From NCBI RefSeq assembly GCF_006345805.1, contig NC_043012.1, positions 17,918,001-17,982,000 on the forward strand: a stretch of DNA of 64,000 bases, written 5' to 3'. The position numbers were made by a program, and so were the translations under genes. Positions within the stretch are counted from its first letter, which is position 1; each line of letters begins with the position of its first letter. Below, in pieces: positions 1-13,177 of the stretch. Below the pieces are notes generated by a model. It made no database searches. It was not told where the DNA came from and worked only from the letters and a program-made list of their open reading frames with translations. This DNA comes from Octopus sinensis (taxonomy: Eukaryota).

Positions 1-165
1 ATATATACGACATGCTTCTTTCAGTTTCCGTCTACCAAATCCACTCACAAGTCATTGGTCGGCCCGGGGCTATAGCAGAAGACACTTGCCCAAGATGCCA
101 CGCAGTGGGACTGAACCCGGAACCATGTGGCTGGTTAGCAAGCTACTTACCACACAGCCACTCCT
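1..165 (-). mobile_element. tRNA-derived SINE family A, head (continues off window edge)
   Basis: Reverse complement reads AGGAGTGGCTGTGTGGTAAGTAGC...GGTTCAGTCCCACTGCG; about 97% identical (5 mismatches in 165 by eye) to the head of the copy at 6755. Confidence 0.85.
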
Positions 166-529
166 TTACAATTTACCAATTTGTTTTCTTTTAATGATCT
201 TATCTCTCCATTAATCCTTGAAGTTCTTTGCAGATCCTATTGTAGAATTGTAGAGTTGAACAAATGTTATGAGGGAGTGGGTTGTTACATACTTCTTATA
301 CTCACATTTTGTTTACGCCCTGGTTATCCCTGGTCAATAAAATCAATGAACGACCGGCATTCAAAGCATTACCGACCATTTTTATTTCAATAGGAATTTA
401 CTCCAAAATCAATCCCCAAAACTGAACTTCCTGAACGTGTTTCGAAAAATGCGGTTTATTGTAATTTAATGGAGATTTAGCAGCATTTCCTAACTGGTCG
501 AATGAGTGAGTTGTAGATATCTGTTGTGG

Positions 530-938
530 CGAGCTGGCAGAAACGTTAGCACAACGGGCGAAATGCTTAGCGGTATTGCGTCTGTCGTTGCGTTCTGAGT
601 TCAAATTCTGCCGAGGTCGACTTTGCCTTTCATCCTTTCAGGGTCGATAAATTAAGTACCATTTACGCACTGGGGTCGATGTAATCGACTTAATCCGTTT
701 GTCTGTCCTTGTTTGTCCTCTCTGTGTTTAGCCCCTTGTGGGTAGTAAAGAAATAGGTATTTCGTCTGCCGCTACGTTGTGAGTTCAAATTCCGCCGAGG
801 TCGACTTTGCCTTTCATCCTTTCGGGGTCGATTAAATAAGTACCAGTTACGCACTGGGGTCGATATAATCGACTTAATCCGTTTGTCTGTCCTTGTTTGT
901 CCTCTCTGTGTTTAGCCCCTTGTGTGTAGTAAAGAAAG
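530..938 (+). mobile_element. SINE family B, head plus tandem 184-bp second unit, with 15-bp TSD
   Basis: B-box-like GAGTTCAAATTC at 597 and 781 (period 184); flanked by direct repeat AGATATCTGTTGTGG at 515-529 and 939-953. Confidence 0.9.
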
Positions 939-1295
939 AGATATCTGTTGTGGGAACATTTTGAACCTTTGTACCCAGCTGTTTGAGAAATCACAAATCG
1001 CACACAAGTAGGATCGATCGTTAATCCCATCATTTGTTTGAAATTTATTGGCAACATAGCTTGTATTACAAAATAACAAAAGTGTCAAATCTACATACTT
1101 GAAGCTGGATATGATAAGATAATCTTTAGTGAAATTCTTCTATGCAAGCTTGATGTATTTAGATATAAAATAATGATTGCTAAAGTTCACTCAATGTTAG
1201 AAAAGGCGAATAAATTTAATGATTCTCAGAAGAGATACAACCTTCCTAGATTAATTGGAAAACCTGGACATGCAACATGATGTCACTAAATACGT

Positions 1296-1556
1296 TTATT
1301 CAATCATATTTAGCTGGTTTAGAGAGGAAGAAAAAAATAATAATTGTCCATTCAGTTCGGTGTGAAACTTAAAGCCACGAGAGATATTACCTTCGAAACG
1401 CATGAAATCAATCTTGGCAGTGATAATTATCACAACAACAGAATCTGCGTAGCAGCACTGAAGATATTTGCATATATCTTGGCGCAGATGAAAAATTGTA
1501 ATATATCCGATATACTGGCGTGCTTTCCAGTCACAGCGATCAAGCTGAATAATCAA
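1296..1556 (-). pseudogene. Possible highly decayed Penelope-like RT fragment
   Basis: YADSVVVII...FKFHTELNGQLLFF resembles PLE RT YxDD...IKFTxExExNGQLPFLD; weak similarity only. Confidence 0.3.
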
Positions 1557-1679
1557 CCTGTGGGATAGAAATGTCTGATCTTAGGTTCTCAGAACTGTCA
1601 GAGTTGAGTCAAATGCCAAAGTGATGTTAGAAAATTGATCAGATTAATATACAAACACATTCTTGCATACACACATATA

Positions 1680-1805
1680 TACATGTATATGGACACACAC
1701 ACACACAAGCAGATAAATAACACACATACACATATATATATATATATATATATATATTCATACACACACACAAATAAATATATATATATATATACATATA
1801 CATAC

Positions 1806-1836
<31 letters not shown>

Positions 1837-1840
1837 CATT

Positions 1841-1898
<58 letters not shown>

Positions 1899-1920
1899 TG
1901 TGTGTGTGTGTGTGTATGGT
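1680..1920. repeat. Compound (CA)n-(TA)n-(TG)n microsatellite
   Basis: Directly visible. Confidence 0.9.
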
Positions 1921-2436
1921 ATGAGAGTAGTTTATGCATGCATACTTAAATATACACATGAATAAATACACGCAATTTTACATGCGTAAAGAATACATTT
2001 ATGTGCAAGTTACAGAAGCGTCAAAAGTTTTCTATGAACAATCTGTGAATGAAAGATATATAAAGAAACATACAGTGTTTGATTCCCGTGATTTTTCCTA
2101 AGATATCAGCTTTATAAATGAGGTAGTTGCCATTAAAAAAGACGTCGTCAAGGATAGCCACGTATCATTTAACTCGATAGATGCAGAAGTGAAAAAAAAA
2201 CAAACAAAAAAACACAAGGAGACATCCGTTAAATGTATCTTTTATATCTGCTTACTTGCTTTCTCTAGCGCCCAGGCAGGGATCCGTTGCAATCTTAAAA
2301 GGCGCATTCTAATAACTACTCTACAGTAATATATATTATACAACATCAGAAACTATGTACGTATATATATTTCTGCATATACCTGTTCATGTAGATATGC
2401 AAGTGCATATATATATATATATATATATATAGGAGT

Positions 2437-2828
2437 AGGAGTGGTTGTGTGGTAAATAACTTGCTTATAAACCACATGGTTCACTGCGTGGCAACTTGGG
2501 CAAGTGCTTCTACTATAGCCTCAGGAGGCCGACCAAAGCTTTGTGAGGGGATTTGGCAGACGGAAACTGAGAAGAAGCCCGTCGTATACATGTGTATATA
2601 TATATATGTATATGTGCATATGTTTGTGCGTCTGTGTTTGTCCCACTAACATCGCTTGACAACCGACGCTTGTGTGTTTAGGTCCCCGTAACCTAGCAGT
2701 TCGGCAAAAAAGACCGATAAGATAAGTACTAGGCGTACAGAGAATAAGACCTGGGATCGATTTGCTCGACTGAAGGTGGTGCTTCAACATCGCCACAGTC
2801 AAATGGCTAAAATAATTAAAAGAGTAAA
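2437..2828 (+). mobile_element. SINE family A, full length with central TA/TG tract
   Basis: Head AGGAGTGGTTGTGTGGTAA, central tract, tail ...CAGTCAAATGGCTAAAATAATTAAAAGAGTAAAA, collinear with 6755-7192. Confidence 0.85.
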
Positions 2829-2829
2829 A

Positions 2830-3055
<226 letters not shown>

Positions 3056-3431
3056 AGTTGACGCAGGAATGATTATTTGATCTAAAAGTTCGCTTTGCAA
3101 TCGTTCGCGTTCCAAGTTCGATCACGATATGCGGCAACTCATATACATAGCTTCTTGTCTACCCAGGACTGACGTGCAAATCTGATAAACGTAGAAGCTT
3201 ACCAAATATATTGTACTCATATTTCGAATGTCCTGCTTTGTTTTCTTGCGAAATATATCCATATACACATATAAGTGTCCCTGTGCCTCTGTGTGTGTAT
3301 GTGTGTGCATGTCTGTGAGTGTGTATTTTATCTGTATCTGTGTTTTTATACAGCAAGTATGTTCATGCCGCTTTATGAACTTGACTCAAAGTTGTGGCCC
3401 CACCTGTATTCTCATTTCTTATAGATGTGAA

Positions 3432-3769
3432 GGCGCATGGCTCAGTGATTAGAGCGTCGAGCTTACGATCGTGAGGTTGTGAGCTCGAATCCCGGACCGG
3501 GATGCGTGTTGTGTTCTTGAGGAAAGCACTTTATTTCACGTTGCACCAGTTCACTCAGCTGTAGAAATGAGTTGCGACGTCACTGGTGCCAAGCTGTATC
3601 GACCTTTGTCTTTCCCTTGGATAACATCGGTAGCGTGGACAGGGGAGGCTGGTATGCATGGGCGACTGCTGGTCTTCCATAAACAACCATGCCCGGACTT
3701 GGGTCTAGGAGGGTAACTTTCTAGATGCAATCCCATGGTCATTCATGACCGAAGGGGGTCTTTATCCCT
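3432..3769 (+). mobile_element. tRNA-derived SINE family C
   Basis: A-box GGCTCAGTGATT, B-box GCTCGAATCCC; imperfect flanking direct repeat TTATAGAT(T)GTG(A/T)AGGCG at 3419 and 3770; inverse copy at 37795-38102. Confidence 0.85.
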
Positions 3770-4244
3770 TTATAGATTGTGTAGGCGAGGTGATATTTTC
3801 GAAAAGTGTCTATGTTCCCGTGACCTTCATTAGGAATTACTATATTAGACTGAAACACTTTTAGATTTATTCGCGACATCTCTTATTATTTTCAAAAGAA
3901 TGTAGATTATCTGTGGAAAGTGAAAAACGGAAAAAAAAAACATTCCCAGGAACAATGATAGAAAAGAAGCAAAAAGTAACAGAGAAATACTACTGTAGCG
4001 TTTCAACAAAGACAATGAACATAAAGTATGGAAACGAAATACCACACGCACATATTTCGCAATGGCAAAACTCAAATCAACGCAGAACGTAAATAAACAA
4101 TAACTAAAAGAATAATTTTGTACTAAAACAGTTTAAAGATTTTTTTTTTGTTCTCTTTCACTATAAATATCAAATGACAACAACTGATCAATTTCTTTTA
4201 TTTATTGCGAAAAACCTGGTTTTGAAACGCGTGAATGTTTCTAA

Positions 4245-4293
4245 ACACACAAACACACACACACACACAGACACAGACACAGACACAGACACA

Positions 4294-4331
<38 letters not shown>

Positions 4332-4700
4332 AATACACACACACATACGTACACACACTCATGCACACACACGCACAAACATATAAACTCACACGCACAC
4401 ACACATATGGACACACACACATATGGACACACACACAAACACACACGTACTCACGCAGAGACAAACACACACACACACACACATACACACATATACATAC
4501 ATACACACACACACACACTTACACACACTTACACACACACACGTACACACATTCATGCACACTCATGCACACACACGCACACACGCATATGGACACACAC
4601 AGACACACACGTACACATGCAGAGACAAACACACACGTACACACGCAGAGACAAATACGCAAACACACGCTCAAACATAAACACACACAGACACACACCA
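4245..4700. repeat. Long degenerate (CA)n/(CAGA) tract
   Basis: Directly visible; source of the HT/CV-rich ORFs. Confidence 0.9.
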
Positions 4701-5506
4701 CACGGATACAAATCAACCAAAAGCGAAGACAAATATAAAAACAAGCAGAAGCTAACAGTAAATCTATCAACGAAGAAAGAATAGCTGCAAGTATATTTTC
4801 CTTTTCTATTATGAAATTCGAGTTGGACATCGTTGTGATATTCATTTTTATTAAGATAAAAACAAATATATTTTCTTGCCTGAATGATTTATTATATTCT
4901 GTCTCAATAAAGAATTACAGCGGATAACTGAGCTGATTCGATAAGGTAATGAACAACGTGCAGAGAGAGATTACCATTGAATATCTAGCAGGCAGTATTG
5001 TTTTCTTCACTTCGGCCTACTTGTTGTTTTATGAGATGCTTAAATGGAGAAGCAACTTTGTAGGATGACGGTGGGAAATTAACGAAGGATTCTAGGCACC
5101 GTGTTCAATTTGTCCTGCGATTTTGGTAAAATAGGCACATGTCCTGTACAGCAACTTTTCTGTGAGCACTCTAGATCTTTATGACAGTGGCATGTCAGCA
5201 TAACCAAGGACCAGTTCTACACCAGGAAACGTTTGCTCAACAGAATGACAAGGCCATGTTTATTGCAGTATATAAAGCTGCATTATTCATTTCGTGTTTT
5301 CACCTTTTCCTTTTTTACAGTCTGATTTGAGGGATATTTAGCTGATATTTCTCTTATGAGAGGCGACCATGTTGAAGGCTCTCTGCAGGATCCTCCTTAC
5401 TGGTTCCTGAGAAGCATAATATATCAACAGATGATAACCGCTCTATAGCTGAAATGGTCCTTTGTTCGAATCCATCACACAGTAGATGAAACGTAATCAT
5501 GCTCTA

Positions 5507-5865
5507 CAGGGTGATTCAAATGTCGTCATACATAGGACCAATCTCTTTTGTATAAGAAAGAGTAAATAAGAACATTTTTTTTAAAATTTAAAGCCTCAAT
5601 ATGATAACCATTGTTTTGAATACACATTGAAAAACGTATACCCCACTCCTTGTGAAATTGTAATAGCACATCTGGTAATACGTGTGCAAAAGATGCATTC
5701 CTTCAAACGATTTATGTTTTTTATCTTACCACGATACACCATGCCTTTGAAATGCTCCCAAAGACAGAAATCAAGAAGGGTCAGATCAGGCAATCTAGTG
5801 AATCATATAAACTGTTTCTTATAAAAAAAAATGTCCCTATATATGGAGATTTTTGAATCACCCTG
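5507..5865 (-). mobile_element. Internally deleted Tc1/mariner element (DD41D/rosa-like C-terminus), 359 bp
   Basis: Perfect 14-bp TIR CAGGGTGATTCAAA / TTTGAATCACCCTG, TA on both sides; internal PDLTLLDFCLWEHFKGMVY matches SPDLTPLDFFLWGYLK. Confidence 0.85.
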
Positions 5866-6049
5866 TAAAGTCCCAATTGTTAAGATATCGATCTGTTTAT
5901 CTCTAAATATGAGAGGGCGATGTGTTTTAATGGTATAACCAAGAACATAGCACAATTTTCGAAAGATTTGTTAGCTCCTACAGCACTTGAGTACTCTTTT
6001 CTACGTTTTGAAAATATGATTAACAGAGATCCAGAAAACTGTAACAAAT

Positions 6050-6232
6050 GATTTTAGACTTAGGCACAAGGAAGGCAACTTTGTGGGAAGAGAGGTTTAG
6101 TCAATTTCAGCTAAACCACTATTCAAGGAGTATTCATATTATTGGCGCTGAAAACAAGAAGGTCAAAGCCGACATCGGCATAACTTCGACTTAAAAGAAA
6201 TTGAGCGAGAAGAAATTCCGCTAAGCGTTTCG
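6050..6232 (-). mobile_element. Degenerate SINE family B
   Basis: AGGCACAAGG...GGTCAAAGCCGACATCGGC...CCGCTAAGCGTTTCG resembles reverse family B. Confidence 0.45.
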
Positions 6233-6320
6233 ATCGACGCACTAACATATGTTACACATAGAAGCCATAAACAAACCAGTTTAGAGGTATATTTTCTCTC
6301 TCTTTCTCTATATCTATATC

Positions 6321-6321
<1 letters not shown>

Positions 6322-6373
<52 letters not shown>

Positions 6374-6444
6374 ACAGACATATATATATATATATGCACA
6401 TGCACACACATACACGCACACACACACGCACACACACACACACA

Positions 6445-6522
<78 letters not shown>
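6322..6522. repeat. (TA)n-(CA)n-(TA)n microsatellite
   Basis: Directly visible. Confidence 0.9.
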
Positions 6523-6754
6523 CACGAGAAGGTGCTGAAAATGCCCTGGCTGTGGGTAAAATAAAATAGACGAAGATCAGTTAATTATGGTTTTAGTCAA
6601 CATATTCCCCTCTGAGATTCACACACTTACTACATTGGTCCTTCACTTTTTCTAAGCACTGTAAAAGAACTGAATTTTGGGCCTCCACCCAAGCCTTTCG
6701 CGAAATACTTAAATAGAGGAATGTTTGAATCCCCACTCATGCATATATATGCGC

Positions 6755-6912
6755 AGGAGTGGCTGTGTGGTAAGTAGCTTGCTAACCAGCCACATGGTTC
6801 CGGGTTCAGTCCCACTGCGTTGCATCTTGGGCAAGTGTCTTCTGCTATAGCCCCGGGCCGACCAATGCCTTGTGAGTGGATTTGGTAGACGGAAACTGAA
6901 AGAAAACTGTCG

Positions 6913-6960
<48 letters not shown>

Positions 6961-7192
6961 TATATATGTATGTGTGTGTGTTTGTGTGTCTGTGTTTTTC
7001 CCCTAGCATTGCTTGACAACCGATGCTGGTGTGTTTACGTCCCAGTCACTTAGCGGTTCGGCAAAAAGAGACCGATAGAATAAGTACAGGGCTTACAAAA
7101 AAGAATAAGTCCCAGGGACGAGTTGCTCGACTAAAGGCGGTGCTCCAGCATGGCCACAGTCAAATGACTGAAACAAGTAAAAGAGTAAAGAG
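6755..7192 (+). mobile_element. SINE family A, full length, young
   Basis: tRNA-like head, central (TA)n(TG)n, tail ending AAACAAGTAAAAGAGTAAAGAG. Confidence 0.9.
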
Positions 7193-8839
7193 TATACCAC
7201 ATTTTCAGATTTGTGTACGAGAATCTAAATACTGACAATAATACCTCACTTCGTCAGCTTTCTATACTGTTCACCATACTTTCATATCAGAATAACAAAC
7301 TGCAAAAACAACCTTAATTATAAATAATAATTGCTGGATTATTGTGAACAATAACGAGCATTGATTTTTATTTCTGCTTCAGGACACTCTTTTCTTCTTT
7401 TAAGCTCTTTTGAGAAGCCATTTGCAGCAGGACTTAGAAATATTTTACTCTAAAAGTATAAGATTCGAAAATTGTTTGTCCGTATTTTAGTGATATTTTC
7501 TTTACTAATGAAACCCGTTACTGAAAACGGAGTTCATTAGAAAATAATTGTTGTGTTGCACCGTAAGATAGATGGATGCAACGTTCCTCTTCAGCTAGAA
7601 TTTTACGTGTTATTTTTATATCAACGTGCATTTCATTTTTTCTATATTGTTAAAATATATTTTATTTTATGGTTCGCTGTCTTTCATGGCGCTCTAATTG
7701 CAGCATATAAACCTGTCTGTAGGAATTACTTAAGAACGGTAGATTGAAATTAGATTGGATTCTTTTTGATTTTATTTTTTATACGTTTATTTCTTTGTGG
7801 CTGTATCCATTTTTTTATTATAATTATACTTGTGAACGATATTTAGTTCAGAAAGAGATTAAATTGAAGCCCCCGTATTAAAGATATACTAAACAAAGAA
7901 ATTAAAATAACAATATAGTTATGTGCTTAATGACAAAAATAAATAATAAAAAAAGCAATTAACTAAAATCCCAAGAACGGAATAGATCGTTTATTTTCTT
8001 TCCTTATTTTGAGACGCTAAAGTCTTTTCTTTAATGCAAAATGTTGCCTCAAGCTAGAAAGGAAAAAATAGTGCATATTCTCCTGAAAGAAAAGATGCCG
8101 TTTAATGCATGACGTTGCCCCGAGTTAAGAAAACGATGATTTCGTGGCGAAAAAGAAAAGAAAAGCATACAAGAGTAAATCGCTATAAAATACATGAAAA
8201 ACTCAGTAACAACATCAGAAAGGAAAAAAAATCACGAAAAGAAAACAAAATGAAATCAAAATTTCTTCATGAAGATTAACGTAGCAACTTCTATTATCTT
8301 CATTTTCAACATTTAATGTTCGGCTGTAATGGGGATAAAAGAGGTACTAATCCTAAGTGGAGAATTTTGAAAACTAATATTTCCTTGAAACAAATGCCAG
8401 TCTATTTTTCTTTTCTACTTCGCAGCATATTTCTTAATTTGAATCATAATTGGAAGCCACAATATACCTCATAAAATATTTATTAATTTATTTTTAAGTG
8501 ATACCTGCATGGTTGCATATATATATCCATACTATATAGACATTTATGCGTGTGTGTGTGTGTGTGTGTGTGTATGGGTGTGTGTGGATTATGTATGTGA
8601 ATAAACTCAACAGATTCATGGATTAGTTCCCTAAATTATATTTTGTGATTTTTGTGAGCTCTAAGTAGCTATTGCAACTACTAACTTTAGTTGCCAACAA
8701 TGAAGGGATCGATTTTTTTTGTTTTTACTAGGCAAGTGCCATTTAACCTGCGTAGCTCTGCTCTCATTAGATCCCTGCGCAAACAGCTTCTTTATTTTGC
8801 TCCTCGGTGTGTCGTTATTGTTTTGGTTTGCAGCGTCAT

Positions 8840-9056
8840 GGAGGCGAGCTTGGTAGAATCATTAGCGTGCCAGGCAAAATACTTAGCGGCATTTTGTCCA
8901 TCTTTAATTTCTGAGTTTAAATGCCTTCGGGGTCCACTTTGCCTTTCGTCGTTTCGGGGGTAAGTAAATAAATACTAATTGAACACTGGAGTCATTGTAA
9001 TGGACTTAAAATTCCCCCACTTGAAATTTCTGCACTTGTACCAAATTTTGAAGCCT
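8840..9056 (+). mobile_element. SINE family B, diverged
   Basis: GGCGAGCTTGGTAGAATCATTAGCGTGCCAGGCAAAATACTTAGCGG... collinear with the copy at 530. Confidence 0.75.
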
Positions 9057-9849
9057 ATATCATGGTCACCATATTTTTTATTCTGCTGTAAATGAATTAT
9101 ATTTTTATTGCCTTATCCTATTGTTTTTGCAGTTATTCTTTGATAAACACCCAAAAAGTTTACACTGTACATTCTAAAGTGTGGGTGGAATAAGAAACCT
9201 TTTCGTTTTGTTCATATTTTTTTCTCTTTGATTTTTTTCATTTATATTGTAGTTTGCTGTCAATCGTCTCACAAGAATATTACTATCACTGTATTCTCAA
9301 TATATCTGATATCTTTGAATAATGTTCAGCATTAAACTTGTTATAACTGACATTGGGTAATAAGATATTTCTACGACAGTATCGTTCATTTTATCATTTT
9401 GGTACTACCCCTCATCTACCCAGTACCGGTCGTATGGACAGGTCGTTGATTTTTTTTTTACTGTAACTAGTATGGTTTGGTACTCCACTCAATGAACTTT
9501 TGGCTCTCTTGAATCTGTCACTAAAATTTCAGGCAGAATTTTATAGAAAAAACAGGTTTATGATTTGTGGCTTGTACATGACATCATGGGAGAAAATCAA
9601 TATCCATAACCTCCAGCCAATCTTTGCGATGAAAGTATATTCCGGTGGACAAACACTGCAAACAAGCCTTCTGTGTGGATTTGACCAGCAATTCAAAGAC
9701 CCAATACTATCACAAACACTCTTTCGTTGTTTCTTTTCAATCAGCCATGAGATATCAAATCACAAACAGGCTTCTTCAATGAGCAGGTATTAGTTAGGTC
9801 GAACATGTAGAAATTACGTGAAAGCCATTACACACACACACACACACAT

Positions 9850-10168
9850 GTAAATAGAAGGACGACAAGGGTCCCAGCTGATACGATCAACGGAACAGCT
9901 TGCTCGTGAAATTAACGTGCAAGTGGCTGAGCACTCCACAGACATGTGTACCCGTAAGGTAATTCGCAAGGAGATTCAGCGTGACACAGAGTGTGACAAG
10001 GCTAGCCCTTTTGAAATACAGGTACTACTGATTTTTTTGCTAGCTGAGTGGACTGGAGCAACGTGAAATAAAGTGTCTTGCTCAAGAACACAACGTATCG
10101 CCGGGAATTGAACTCACGACCTTACGATCGTAAGCCAAATACCCTAGCCACTAAGCACGCGCCTTCAC
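9850..10168 (-). mobile_element. tRNA-derived SINE family D
   Basis: Reverse head with B-box (plus strand GGGAATTGAACTC); body shared with 36625-36897. Confidence 0.85.
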
Positions 10169-10170
10169 TA

Positions 10171-10272
10171 TTTATGTATGTATGTATGTATGTATGTGTG
10201 TATGCATGCATGCATGCATGTATGTATGTATGTATGTATGTACGTACCTACCTACCTACCTACCTACCTACA

Positions 10273-10304
<32 letters not shown>

Positions 10305-10312
10305 GACATACG
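10171..10312. repeat. (TATG)n-GTACGTAC-(TACC)n(TACA)n quasi-palindromic microsatellite
   Basis: TATG and CATA are reverse complements, arranged around a central palindrome. Confidence 0.85.
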
Positions 10313-10394
10313 TCTGTGTATATATAATTATAAATGGTGTGCAAATATTTAGATGACGTATTAATGCATATGATGTTACATTTCTATATTAATA

Positions 10395-11405
10395 TTTGTT
10401 TCAAATTTCAGTACAAAGCGAGCCTTTCAGGGAAAGGGGGAAATTCGGATACATCGATCCTAGTTCTCAACTGGTGTTTATTTTATAGACCCTTAAAGAA
10501 TGACTGGTAAATTTGACCTCATCGGAATTTGAACTCAGAACGTAAAGACGGACGAAATGCAGCTAAGCATTTACATATTAATACTGATTTCAAATTTTGG
10601 CACGAGGCCAGTAATTTAGAGGCAGGGGTTTAAGTTGATGACCTCAGTGCTCAAATGATAATTATTTTATCGTTCCCAAAGGCTGAAATGCAAAGTCAGC
10701 CTCGTCGGCCTCTGAGCTCTTAACGTGACGACGGACGAAATACCTATTTCTTTATACCTATTTCTTTACTGCCCACAAGTGGATACACAGAGGGGACAAA
10801 CAAGGATAGACAAACGGATTAAGCCGATTATATCGACCCCAGTGCGTAACTGCTACTTAATTTATCGACCCCGAAAGGATGAGAGGCAAAGTTAACCTCG
10901 TCGGAATTTGACCTCAGAACGTAGCGGCAGACGAAATACCTATTTCTTTACTATCCACAAGGCGCCAAACACAGAGAAGATAAACAAGGACAGACAAAGG
11001 GATTAAGTCGATTATATCGACGCCAGTGCGTAACAGGTACTTATTTAATCGACTCTAAAAGGATGAAAGGCAAAGTCGACCTAGGCGGAATTTGAACTCT
11101 GAATGTAGCGGCAAACGAAATACCACAAAACATTTCGCCCGACGTGCTAACGTTTCTGCCAGCTCGCCGCCTTCCAGATTTTACATATAAATATCATTTT
11201 CTACTCTAGGCAAAAGGCCCGAAATTTTGGGGGAGGAGGCAAGTCGATTAGTTCGACCCCAGTACACAACTGGTACTTACGTTATAGACCCCGAAATGAG
11301 GAAACGCAAAGTAGACATCGGCAGGATATGAACTCAGAACGCAAAGAAAGACTAAATATCGCTAAGCATTTCACCCGGCGCGCTAACGTTTCTGCCGTCT
11401 ACCGA
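10395..11405 (-). mobile_element. Cluster of about five SINE family B units, including a tandem array with 184-bp period
   Basis: Repeated CGAAATACC at about 10741, 10937 and 11121; further copies at 10395-10575 and 11190-11405. Confidence 0.85.
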
Positions 11406-11930
11406 AATTTACATATTACTATTAAAAAGATTAACGTCTACAGAGATAGTCAGATTTTCAAAGAATTGGTGACTAGTTGATTATGTAAACAGGTGTATAA
11501 CACGTGTCATTAATTATACACAACAAAGAAGAGATACTAGTATCAAATCACATGACACATGGATATTTCGTTTTCCTGACATTTCTAGTTCATTCTCCAC
11601 CTTTTGTCTCCATTAATTGTTAGAGCACTGAATCACTTATAGCCAAGCCTTATTCTGTTGCATTGTTTTACAGTTTAAGTATATGCGCCGTCCGAGCACA
11701 AAGTCGTTGCTTTTTGCGGCTACATTTCTAACAATGTATTTTCACCAGCTTTAATTCCAAGTACACACACACACGCACACACACACACGCACAATGACAC
11801 ACATAAATAAATGCACACACATATAATTACATTTACAAAGAGGCTTGAAAAGAACAGTATACAAATGTAAATATACCACTATATACTGTGTGTGAGTTTG
11901 TGTATATATATATATATATATATATATAAA

Positions 11931-12152
11931 TTAATTGTTATCGCCATATTAATATGGCAGTCTTATAGATATAAGACTAAAGCTGTCGCTGATTAGCTCC
12001 ATGAGGCCATCGCCTTAAGATAGCTATTTGACACACACACTGTGTCCATTATAACCTTCGAACAAGGGACGTCAGCCGCTTCACACTGCCAGTCAGACAG
12101 CTACAGACGCGTTTCAAGGTATTTTAGAGAGACTTAGTAATTTTTATATTTC

Positions 12153-12155
<3 letters not shown>
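11931..12155 (-). mobile_element. Short structured insert between (TA)n tracts, possible non-autonomous PLE end
   Basis: Perfect palindrome GCCATATTAATATGGC, hairpin AGTCTTATA-GA-TATAAGACT, and minus-strand GAAACGCGTC (3' half of a minimal HHR). Confidence 0.4.
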
Positions 12156-12240
<85 letters not shown>

Positions 12241-13078
12241 TTGTATGATATTGTATCGACAGTAGAGTTACTGACAAAGGCTCAGTCTTATAGCTATTCA
12301 GTTCGTTTATAGCCAGCTTCAACGTTTGTTTACTCTGTCTAAATGCCTACATACACATTTAAATTTTCTATTCACACAAAGGTAGTGGCAAACACAGAGA
12401 GAAGCATACGCACATACAATATAACATGCATATAAGTGTCTGCATACATATGTGCACCTCTCTACGCATATATATGCGTGGATGTATGTGCGTGTGCATA
12501 TGTGTGTCTAATGCATTTAGATTTTGTAACACGTTTACTAAATGTTTGGTCACCAAATGATATTTTATTTCATACGCCATAGTGAAGAATACACATTCTT
12601 GGTAAATTTTGTAACTGGAAGGCTTACTCTTAACCGATTTATACTTTCGTCATGTATATTCTAATATCGGTTAGAATATGAAACTGCCTTACTTTGAGTA
12701 AATTAAGACTGTAAACGCTGGTAATGATGTGTAGATAAAAAAGGAGAGGTTATACCTTCATGGACTGTTATACGGTTTGTTGATACCCCTTCAGAGACAA
12801 TAATTTTGCTTCATTACAAGTCAGCTACTATATACAGTAGTCATAAATAAAACTAACACAGAAATGAACTGCCTAATTTCTATCTTTGTACTTTTGTTGG
12901 CTCCTCATTCCATACACGAACAGTTATTTAATTTACAGCGTAGTGTAAATTATGAAGACTGACAAGAAATATATTTAAATGTTACAAAACTTCACTGTCG
13001 TTCATTCTGGATTACAAAAGTGCAGAAAAAGGGAAAATTATACCTACCTACCTGCCTACCTACATACACACATACATA

Positions 13079-13131
<53 letters not shown>

Positions 13132-13177
13132 CTACCTATCTATCTGTCTGTCTATCTGTCTCTATTTCTGCTTTTAC

